From: Eledone cirrhosa
Lineage: Eukaryota
NCBI GenBank assembly: GCA_964016885.1
Contig: OZ024742.1
Coordinates: forward strand, 29,140,001-29,204,000
Direction: 5' to 3'
DNA: 64,000 bases
Made by a program: the position numbers and the translations under genes. Shown piece by piece: positions 12,566 through 26,261 of the stretch. The notes under the pieces were generated by a model. The model was given only the letters and a program-made list of their open reading frames with translations. It was not told the origin of the DNA and did not search any database. Numbering within the stretch: the first letter of the stretch is position 1; each line of letters opens with the position of its first letter.

Positions 12566-15500
12566 ATGGCTATGCTAAGAGTAGGCTGTTTAAATGCGCG
12601 TGGCCTGGGCTCAACTTGGAAGCAAGCAATGCTTCTAAATGACCTCAGGTCACAACGTATAGATGTGATGGTTATTTGCGAGGCCCGGATCAGCAACGTG
12701 CAGCATCTGGCCCCCACCTTTGATGACTTTGAGATGCACGCATCTCTCTGTCAGCCCGGAGGTGGGGGTGGGGTTGTCGTTCTGCTGCAAAAACATCTGG
12801 GTCTCGCAACACAGATGGTACATTTGGACCCGGAGGGTCGACTAGTGGTTCTGGACCTTGGCAGTGGTAAAGGCGGAGCGTTTAGGTTGGTAGCCGCCTA
12901 CGGCCCTTTCGGGTCAATGCGGTCGGACTTCTTCCATCGTCTGGAGACTTTTCTAGGGACGTCCCGCTCCTTGCTATTAGTGGGGGACTGGAATGGTATC
13001 CTAGATGCACGCTGGGACTACGTTAGGGGCCTGTCCCGATAGACAGGGGTGTAATAGCCTCAAAGGGTTAATCGGTCGATTTGACCTGGCCAATAGATAT
13101 CGACTAGATTTTCCGACTGCGCCAACCTGGACTTGGGCAAATCGTAGCGGATCATCTAGGTCGTACCTAGATAGGTTCTTAGTTAGAATTAAGGATAAGG
13201 ACTTTTTAAGTTGTCCAAAAATGCGCATGGTTGGCTATTCAGACCACAAATTAGTGACCTGCATGGTCAACCTTGACAGAACTCATAGACAGGGACCCGG
13301 TTACTGGGAGCTCAACTTGTCCTTACCGGCAAGTAAGGCTTACAGGGACCGGATTAGCACTTTAGTTAAGGAGCCGTTGACGGGCGCCATCGTCAACAGC
13401 AGGTGTTGGGGATCTCTCAAAAGAGAGATTAGAGTAGTCTCTATAGAATTTAGTAAGGAGTTAGCCTCAAATAGAAATAGGAAGGAAAGGGAGTTGGTAG
13501 ATAGTGTAGAAGAGGCAATTAGAAGCGGCGACGTGGCCAGAGTGCTAGCGTCGAGAACGGCCCTGGGCCAGTTCTTCGACGCGAAACACGAAGGCTGCAT
13601 CGTCCGAAGCAAAATACGTGCTCTGGGAAACGAGGAGACCAAAGCTGTTAGCTGGGCCCGCGTGACAGAAGCCAAAAGAGGGAGCAGATCCACTATCCGG
13701 TCTTTGCGAGACCAGGATGGACGGGTGATCCTTGAACCTAAGCAGATGTGCGAGGCTTTTCAAAAGCACTTTGCCGGATTGTTCGGAAGGGGTGGGGAGC
13801 CGGTTGGGGATGTGGACTTCGGTCCATACCTCGACGGCCTGCCGCGTCTCTCAGACAGGGAGGCGAAGTCCTGCGAGGAGCCGATTTCAGCCGCTGAGAT
13901 AGAGGACGTACTGAGCCAATGCGGCAAACGCAAATCCCCGGGTCTCGATGGTCTTCCATACGAACTATATCTAGCTATGCCGGACTTGTTCCCCGATCTC
14001 CTCCAGGCGGTCTACTGCAACTGGCAACAGAACGGGAGAATTCCCTGTACTGTGACCAAGGGCGTAGTCACGCTAGTGAGGAAGGACGAGAACAAGGGGG
14101 ACGATATAAATAATTTCAGGCCCATAACTCTGCTATATACAGAGTTACAGATTTTGGCCAAGGTGCTAGCAAAGAGGTTGGCGCTTGTCGTGGGCAACCT
14201 GGTGGGAGATGCGCAGACATGTGCTATCCCGTCCAGGTCCATCCACGACAACCTCCACCTCATGCGATACATCATAGAGAGGGTTGGGAACGAACCCGGC
14301 TTTGGTGGGGCCCTGATCAACTTGGATCAATCTAAGGCATTCGATAGGGTCGACCATGATTACCTGGATGCGGTGCTAGCGGCGGCAGGCTTCGGACCCG
14401 TTTTCAGGGGCTGGATTGCTGCAATGCACAGCAGCCGCATCTGCTCTAGGGTCAAGGTGAACGGCTACCTCTCGGAGCCGTTCGAAATCGCGCGGTCCAT
14501 CCGACAGGGGTGCCCTCTCTCCTCCCTTCTGTATGTAATGACTCTAGAGCCACTGCTGCGGAAGTTGGAGTTGTTGCAGGGCATCCCGTTGGAACCGGGA
14601 TTGCGGAAAGCGGTGTCAGCCTACGCCGATGACGTAACAGTAATGGTGTCGACGGCCTCGGAAATCGGGGCGATCGGCACCTTACTGGAGGATTACGAAA
14701 GGTTTACAGGGGCTAAGCTGAACCGGGACAAGTCGATCGGTCTGCAACTCGGCACGTGGAAGGGCAGATCAATGCCCTCCGATGGCGTCGTCGGGCGCTG
14801 GACGGAGGGCCCGGTGAAGTTGCTCGGGGTCTGGTTCGGACCAGACCTTCAGGTGGAGAAGAACTGGGGTGAGGTAACGAACAGGGTGTTTGCCCTGACC
14901 CAGAAGTGGGCCAAGTGCAAACTGTCCCTGAAAGGTTGGGCGGAGGGGGCGAACACTTATATAGCGTCCGTCATCTACTACCGCCTGACCGTTGTGCCTT
15001 GCCCAAGGGAAACGCTCGCCAAAATGGAGCGCGCACTCTTCCAATTCCTTTGGAAGAAGCGGGCTCCTATGGTGAGGAGATCCATCTGCTGTCAACACCC
15101 TTCGAAAGGAGGGCTGGGGATGCCGTGGCTAATGATACGTAAACACGCATTAAGGCTACGGCATCTTCAGGTATTCTTCTCCGGTCAACCGGTGTGGGCC
15201 CCGTTTGTGAGGCGAGCCTTTCCCAGACTCGTCTCACTCACCGAGCTGCAATCCTGGGTCAAGCAAAGACCGAGAAAACTGGGCGCCTGGCACACCGAGT
15301 GTGCCCAGGCGCTCACGGCTCTCTGGCAGGCGGACCCGGCTGTCGGTGGAGAATCCACCTCGGCATTCTATAGAGGGCTGGTGGTTAGCAGGTGCAACGA
15401 CGCCCTCGGAGAAGCCCTAGGCATGGAGGAAGACGAACTGGCCAACCTGTTCGGTAGGACATTCAGCCCGGGACCCATGGATAACTTCCAGAGGTCCCTG

Positions 15501-16004
15501 GCCTGGCAACGCTACAGAAGGGCTCTGCCCGCTCGAGAAAGGCTCTACAGACACGGACGCCCGGGTAGGGACCCCTCGAAAAAGATCTGTCCCAGATGCG
15601 TGTGCGACGAGGAAACCGTTGCACACGCATTGGTACACTGCTCGGGCATTGCCGATCTGTGGGGTTATGTCGAACAACTGCTGTCAAGGGTGGGACCGAT
15701 CCGGTTGACCACCGAGTCTATTGTAACGATCAAGCCGCCTCCACTCTTCAAAAACGAAGAAGAGGCGGTGTTTCTGTGCGTAATAGCCATGGCGAAAGAG
15801 GTTGTATGGTGGACGCGTCTGAAAGGACGGAGGTCAGACACCTTTCTCTCTGGCCAACAACTGGTCCGTTTCTTCCGATATCATTTCGGAAGAAGGATCA
15901 GGATGGAGAGAGAGGTGCTGCACCCCAGCCGTTTTTATGAAAGATGGGTGAAAGTGGCGAGAGTGGCCCGTGTGAATGGGCCTTCACTCTACATCAGACT
16001 ATAG
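12566..16004 (+). pseudogene. B2 ORF2 (APE-RT-zinc finger), one frameshift near 13024
   Basis: ATG at 12566 (MAMLRVGCLNARG); GDWN, SDH, QGCPLS, YADD and CPRC motifs; one extra base relative to family A at gactacgttagggg. Confidence 0.92.
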
Positions 16005-16530
16005 ATGAGGAAGATGAAAGACCAAGGGAGCACCCCTTCTCTGTGCTCCCGAGGAAAAGGGTTGCACACTTTTTTGGGGGGGTGTGTGCGACCCCCCCCC
16101 CCCAGGCGCCTCCTCTCTATTGAGGACTTTGTTATAAATTTTATTTTTTGTTATATTTTCTTTTATTTTTATATCTTGTTATTGCCTCCTCCTTATTGAG
16201 GACGCCTTGTTTTGTAAACTCCCCCCATTGTACATGTCCCACTTTTGATGCCCTGGTGGCAAATAAAAGAAACATATCTATCTATCTATATATCAATCAT
16301 ATCTATATATCTATCTATCTATCTATCTTGATAGAGTAAGACACGCTTCGCATCGGCTCCGCTATTCCATCGGGATTTACCCTTACTATTGTAAGTACCG
16401 GATAAATTTTTTAGTGCAACACATTTGGAACACTAACCCCTGTTATTTAGGGAAACATTTTTGCATTTACCCCCTTTTTAGGGGGTAAAATAAATATCTA
16501 TTTTTGCCGAAAAATTTCTTTCTTGGCAGC

Positions 16531-18278
16531 ATGGCGGAAAAGATGGCAGACATGTCTGCCATTAGCTCTGCCACGCCCCCCAAGTCTGAAGAACAAAAAA
16601 TAATTACAACAAAATTAGACATTGAAACAAACAAACAAAATGAAAAAACAAATGTTAAGGAAAATGAGCAAACAGAAAACAAACAAACAGAAAATAATAC
16701 AAATAACGACAGGGCAACTTTCGCCCAGAAAACAAAACAATCCATTACATACACACCAATTGACCTAACTGCCGCCAGAGAAAAACTGGCCGAAGCAAAG
16801 AAACACATTGTTTTGGGGGAGAACGGAATGTTTTCCATTAACTCCCCCCCCAGAATTCAAGAAAGCCAGAGCAGAAAACACAGTTCTCTACAGAACTATA
16901 CTGAACCAGACAAGAAAGCCACCACAGCCCAGCCAAATGGAAATAGAGTTAGTCCTAAAAGACTATATGAAGAATATTCTCTTCATACGAAAGGACCGAC
17001 TCTATGGCAGCATTTCGGTCCTAACAAGAGACAAAGAAACGGCGGAGAAGCTTTCCCTAAGCCCACTCTCGTCGACAACATATAGCTTCTATCCCTCCTA
17101 CATGGGTAGAAGAACACAGAGAGTAAAAGTAAAAACAATGCTGCCCACAATGGACTTCTGGTGGGCTATTGCTGGCTTCATTGATATGGGCGAAGACACA
17201 ATGCTGTCAATGGGGAAGGCAACTGGAGATGCGTTCCTGGGAATGGGCCTCGACATACTAGTCCAAATGAGGCCCGAAAGAATAGCACAAATCCCGGATC
17301 ACATCTGGCTGGATGACCTCACCCCAATAGATATAATTGTAGAGGGGAGAAGACCAGCATGCTATTTATGCACGGAAAGGGGACACGTTAAGGCTAACTG
17401 CCCGAAACGTATCCCCCAAAAAGGACTATTGCCCACACCCACCACAAACAGTACACCAACACCACCCACCTCCAAAAATACACTAATACCACACACAGCA
17501 AACAAAATACAGACACCACCAACCACAAACACAACACAAACATCACCACCACCAGCACCAAACACAAGCACGACACAAAAATCACCACCACAACACAAAC
17601 ATCACCACCACCATCACCAACCACAAGCACGACACAAACATTACCACCACCACCACCACCACAAAACCCAGCGCTGAAGAGTTTCCCCCAACTTCTGAAG
17701 AAGAAGGAGGAGAAGCCTTCAGACAAGTTAAAAGAAAAAAAAGAAAACACACACCCAGCACACCACAAATAACCCACACACAAACACCAACTCCAATCAA
17801 AAATACCCCACCCTCAAAAAACAAAAATAAATCTGCGACTCCCCTCTCCGAAACATTGACAGCATCACAAAAAAAGACGTTGCAATACACATATATAAAT
17901 AAAGAAAACAAAAAACTGGTTAAATTAATAAACAATAACCCTATGGTGCAGACCGAAGGGCCAAACTTTATCTCAACAGAGAACTTCACCCATTTAAAAA
18001 TGATAAAGGTCCCTCTGGACCTTTATCGTTCCTTAAAAGAACAATTTAGACGGGACGTGAGCCCCCCCTGTTTAAAACTGTTGAATCGCGTCCTCTTGAA
18101 ATATTTCCCCATAACCGCCCCTCTCCCTGACACAACTCCAAATACCCCAACCCCACCACACACGTGTACCCCCACACCACCACAAAACATCCCTCCACCC
18201 AACACACCTGATGCCATGGAAATTACGCAACCCGGAGAGGTAAGTGCTTTTCTTTCTTCACTTTCAACACCAAAATAG
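16531..18278 (+). pseudogene. A2 ORF1, frameshifted with an internal deletion
   Basis: Extra C in the run near 16850, small deletion near 17590 and about 85-bp deletion near 17670 relative to A3; CYLCTERGHVKANC knuckle. Confidence 0.9.
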
Positions 18279-21200
18279 ATCAATTGAGAGTTGGCTGTTT
18301 GAACGCGCGTGGCCTGGGCTCAGCTTGGAAGCAAGCTAAGCTTCTAAGTGACCTCAGGTCACAAAGTATAGATGTGATGGTTGTTTGCGAGAGTCGGATC
18401 AGCAGCGTGAGACAGCTGGCGCCCGCCTTCGATGACTTTGAGATGCACGCATCTCTCTGTCAACCCGGAGGCGGGTGGGGGGGAGTTGCCGTACTGCTGG
18501 ATAAACGTCTGACTCTCGACGTACAGATTGTTCACTCGGACCCGGGGGGTCGATTACTGGTGCTGGACGTCGGAGGCGGTGAAGGCGGGGCTTTCAGACT
18601 GGTCGGTCTTTATGCTCCCTTCGGGGCGGAAAGTGCCGACTTCTTCCAGCGTCTGGAGACTTTTCTAGGAACGTCGCGTTCCCTGCTTTTAGTGGGGGAC
18701 TGGAATGGAATCCTAGATGCGCGTTGGGACTATGCAGGGGCATGTCCCGATAGAGGGGGGTGTAGCAGCCTCAAGGGGTTACTCGATCGATTCGACCTGG
18801 TCGATAGATTTCGACTAGATTGTCCAACTGCGCCAACCTGGACCTGGGCAAACCGCAGTGGACAATCTAGATCGTACCTAGATAGGTTTTTGGTTAGGAG
18901 TAAGGATAGGAACGTATTTAGTTGTCCAGAACTGATCATGGTTGGCTATTCAGATCACAAATTAGTGACCTGCGTGGTCAACCTTGATAGAACGCATAGA
19001 CAGGGTCCCGGTTACTGGAAGATGAACTTGTCCTTACCGACAAAGAAAGATTACAGAAACCGGATTAGTAGCTTAGTTAAGATGCGGTTGACGGGAGCGA
19101 TCGTCAACAGTAGGTGGTGGATATCTCTAAAGAGAGAGATTAGAGTAAGTTCGATAGGTTACAGTAAGGAACTAGCGGCGAATAGAAATAGGAAGGAAAG
19201 GGAGTTAACAGATAAACTAGAAGAGGCGATTAGGAGCGGAGACGTAGCCAGAGTGTTAGCGACGAGAACGGCATTGAGCCAGTTCTTTGACGCGAAGCAC
19301 GAAGTCTGCGTTGTCCGAAGTAAAATACGTGCTTTAGGAAACGAGGGGACCAAAGCTGTTAGCTGGGCCCGCGTGACAGAAGCCAAGAGTGGGATTAAAT
19401 CCACCATTCGGTCTTTGCGAGACCAGGATGGACGGGTGATCCTTGAACCTGAGCGAATGTGCGAGACCTTTCAAAGGCACTTTGCTCGACTGTTCGGAGG
19501 TGGCGGGGGGCCGGACGGGGATGTGGACTTCGGTCCATACCTCGACGGTCTACCGCGTCTTTCGAGCGGCGAAGCGGAGTGCTGCGAAAGGCCAATCACA
19601 GCCACTGAAATCGGGGAAGCGCTCAGCCAATGCAGCAGACGCAAATCCCCGGGTCTCGATGGTCTACCATACGAACTTTATTTAGCTATGCCGGTCTTGT
19701 TCTCCGAACTCCTCGAGGCTGTCTATTGGAACTGGCAACAGAACGGGAGAATTCCCTGTTCTGTGACCAAGGGCGTGGTCACGCTAGTGAGGAAGGACGA
19801 GAGCAAGGGGGACGACTTAAGTAACTTTAGGCCCATAACTCTGCTGAATGCAGAGTTACAGATTTTGGCCAAGGTGTTGGCGAAGAGGTTGGCGCTTGTG
19901 GTGGGTGGTTTGGTGGGAGACGCGCAGACATGCGCTATCCCGTCCAGGTCCATTCACGACAACCTCCACCTCATGCGATACATCATAGAGAGGGTTGGCT
20001 ACGAACCCGGCTTTGGTGGGGCCCTGATCAACTTGGATCAATCTAAGGCGTTCGATAGGGTCGACCATGGTTACCTGGATGTGGTGCTAGCGGCGGCGGG
20101 CTTCGGACCCGTTTTCAGGGGCTGGATTTCTGCCATGCACAGTGGCAACATCTACTCTAGGATTAAAGTAAACGGCTACCTCTCGGAGCCGTTTCAAATC
20201 ACCCGATCCATCAGACAGGGGTGCCCCCTCTCCTCCCTTCTGTACGTATTGACTCTCGAGCCACTGCTGCGGAAGTTGGAGTTGCTGTGGGGCATACCCC
20301 TGGAACCGGGATTGCACAAAGCGGTCTCGGCCTATGCCGACGACGTAACAGTAATGGTGGCGGACGCCTCGGAAATCGGGGCGATCGCCACCCTACTGGG
20401 GGAATACGAAAGGCTGACGGGGGCTAAGCTGAACCAGGACAAGTCAGTCGGTTTGCAACTCGGAACGTGGAGCGGCAAACCGATACCGTTAGACGGTGTC
20501 GTCGGGCGGTGGACGGAGGGCCCGGTGAAGCTGCTCGGGGTCTGGTTCGGACCGGACCTCCAGGTGGAGAAGAATTGGGGCGAGGTGACGAGCAGGGTGT
20601 TTGCGCTGACCCAGAAGTGGGCCAAGTGCAAACTATCACTGAAAGGTCGGGCGGAGGTGACGAACGCTTACATAGCGTCCGTCATCTACTACCGCCTGAC
20701 CGTCGTGCCTTGCCCCAAGGAAAAGCTCACCATCATGGAACGCATGCTCTTCCAGTTCCTCTGGAAGAAGCGGCCTCCCATGGTGAGGAGATCCATCTGC
20801 TGCCAGCACCCTTCGAAAGGAGGGCTGGGTATGCCGTGGCTGTTGATGCGTAGGCACGCATTGAGGCTACGGCATCTACAGGTATTCCTCAACGGTCAGC
20901 CGGTGTGGGCCCCGTTTGTGAGGCGAGCCTTCCCACAGCTCGTCTCGCTCACCGAACTGCAATCCTTGGTGAAGCAAAGACCGAGAAAACTGGGCAACTG
21001 GCACACCGAGTGTGCCCAGGCGCTCACGGCTATCTGGCAAGCGGACCCGACTGTCAGTGGAGAATCCACCTCGACATTCTATAGAGGGTTGGTGGCTAGC
21101 AGGGGCGACGACACCCTTGGAGAGTCGCTAGGCATGGAGGAGGACGAACTGGCCAGCCTGTTCGGTAGAACTTTCGGCCCGGGACCCATGGACAACTTCC

Positions 21201-21715
21201 AGAGGTCCCTAGCCTGGCAGTGTTACCGGGGGGCTCTGCCCGTTAGAGAAAAGCTCTACAGACACGGGCGCCCGGGCAGGGATCCCGCGAAAAAGATCTG
21301 TCCCAGATGCGTGCGCGACGAGGAAACCGTTGCGCATGCACTGGTACACTGCCCGGGCGTTGCCGATCTGTGGGGCTACGTCGAACGACTGCTGTCGTGT
21401 GTGGCGCCGATTCGATTAACCGCCGAGTCTGTGGTGAACATCAAGCCGCCTCCTCCCTTCAGAAATGAAGCAGAGGCTGTCTTTCTGTGCGTAATAGCCA
21501 TGATGAAAGAGGTTGTGTGGTGGACGCGCCTGAAAGGTCTGAGGTCGGGTGACTTTCTCTCCGGCCATCACCTGGTTTACTTCTTCCGATACCACTTCGG
21601 AAGAAGAATCAGGATGGAGAGAGAAGTGCTTGGTCCCAGACAGTTTTATGAAAGGTGGGTGAAAGAAGCGAGAATGGCCCGTGTAAATGGGCCTTCTCTC
21701 TACATTGTTCTGTAG
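18275..21715 (+). CDS. A2 ORF2, uninterrupted APE endonuclease-reverse transcriptase-zinc finger (about 1145 aa, no AUG at start)
   Basis: Open frame of 1143 aa from TTG at 18284; LNARG, GDWN, YLDRF, SDH, PGLDG, QGCPLS, YADD, CPRC..EETVAHALVHC. Confidence 0.93.
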   Translation: MDQLRVGCLNARGLGSAWKQAKLLSDLRSQSIDVMVVCESRISSVRQLAPAFDDFEMHASLCQPGGGWGGVAVLLDKRLTLDVQIVHSDPGGRLLVLDVGGGEGGAFRLVGLYAPFGAESADFFQRLETFLGTSRSLLLVGDWNGILDARWDYAGACPDRGGCSSLKGLLDRFDLVDRFRLDCPTAPTWTWANRSGQSRSYLDRFLVRSKDRNVFSCPELIMVGYSDHKLVTCVVNLDRTHRQGPGYWKMNLSLPTKKDYRNRISSLVKMRLTGAIVNSRWWISLKREIRVSSIGYSKELAANRNRKERELTDKLEEAIRSGDVARVLATRTALSQFFDAKHEVCVVRSKIRALGNEGTKAVSWARVTEAKSGIKSTIRSLRDQDGRVILEPERMCETFQRHFARLFGGGGGPDGDVDFGPYLDGLPRLSSGEAECCERPITATEIGEALSQCSRRKSPGLDGLPYELYLAMPVLFSELLEAVYWNWQQNGRIPCSVTKGVVTLVRKDESKGDDLSNFRPITLLNAELQILAKVLAKRLALVVGGLVGDAQTCAIPSRSIHDNLHLMRYIIERVGYEPGFGGALINLDQSKAFDRVDHGYLDVVLAAAGFGPVFRGWISAMHSGNIYSRIKVNGYLSEPFQITRSIRQGCPLSSLLYVLTLEPLLRKLELLWGIPLEPGLHKAVSAYADDVTVMVADASEIGAIATLLGEYERLTGAKLNQDKSVGLQLGTWSGKPIPLDGVVGRWTEGPVKLLGVWFGPDLQVEKNWGEVTSRVFALTQKWAKCKLSLKGRAEVTNAYIASVIYYRLTVVPCPKEKLTIMERMLFQFLWKKRPPMVRRSICCQHPSKGGLGMPWLLMRRHALRLRHLQVFLNGQPVWAPFVRRAFPQLVSLTELQSLVKQRPRKLGNWHTECAQALTAIWQADPTVSGESTSTFYRGLVASRGDDTLGESLGMEEDELASLFGRTFGPGPMDNFQRSLAWQCYRGALPVREKLYRHGRPGRDPAKKICPRCVRDEETVAHALVHCPGVADLWGYVERLLSCVAPIRLTAESVVNIKPPPPFRNEAEAVFLCVIAMMKEVVWWTRLKGLRSGDFLSGHHLVYFFRYHFGRRIRMEREVLGPRQFYERWVKEARMARVNGPSLYIVL

Positions 21716-21949
21716 GTGAAGAAGTGAAGAGGAAAGGGGGAGCGCCTCCTCTCTGGGCTTCCCCCGCGAAAAGAGTTGCACACTTTTCGGGGGTATGTGC
21801 AATCCCCAACACGCCCCCTCCCTTTTGAGGACTTTTTATTGTTATATTATTATTGTTATTCCTTTTTTCTTTACTCGATTTATGTAAACTCCCCCACTGT
21901 GTAAATGTCCCCTTCTTTTGTGCCCTCGTGGCAAATAAATAGAAATTTA

Positions 21950-25900
<3,951 letters not shown>

Positions 25901-26261
25901 TAGAGTCGATTTAACATTTATATATTAGAAGTCGCTTAATATAATCACGTATGATATCAACTAGTTAGCCTTATCGTAGTTCGAAAGTGATCACAATTAC
26001 TGTGGTCCATGAGTATAGATAGATAGATAAATTTCTATTTATTTGCCACGAGGGCATAAAAGAAGGGGACATTTACACAGTGGGGGAGTTTACATAAATC
26101 GAGTAAAGAAAAAAGGAATAACAATAATAATATAACAATAAAAAGTCCTCAAAAGGGAGGGGGCGTGTTGGGGATTGCACATACCCCCGAAAAGTGTGCA
26201 ACTCTTTTCGCGGGGGAAGCCCAGAGAGGAGGCGCTCCCCCTTTCCTCTTCACTTCTTCAC

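Larger units (their letters stand above)
10615..16274 (+). mobile_element. L1/Tx1-type element, family B copy B2, apparently full length
   Basis: Starts after tatct; contains 5'UTR, ORF1, ORF2 and a 3'UTR ending gtggcaaataaaagaaaca, then (TATC)n. Confidence 0.93.
16329..21947 (+). mobile_element. Family A copy A2, full-length ends
   Basis: 5' end tgatagagtaagacacgc is identical to the 5' end of A3; preceded by (TATC)n at 16275-16328. Confidence 0.95.

Noticed and set aside
11285-16855. Programmed frameshift at the ORF1 C run shared by B2 and A2
   Set aside because: A3 is in frame at this site; homopolymer slippage or sequencing error is simpler
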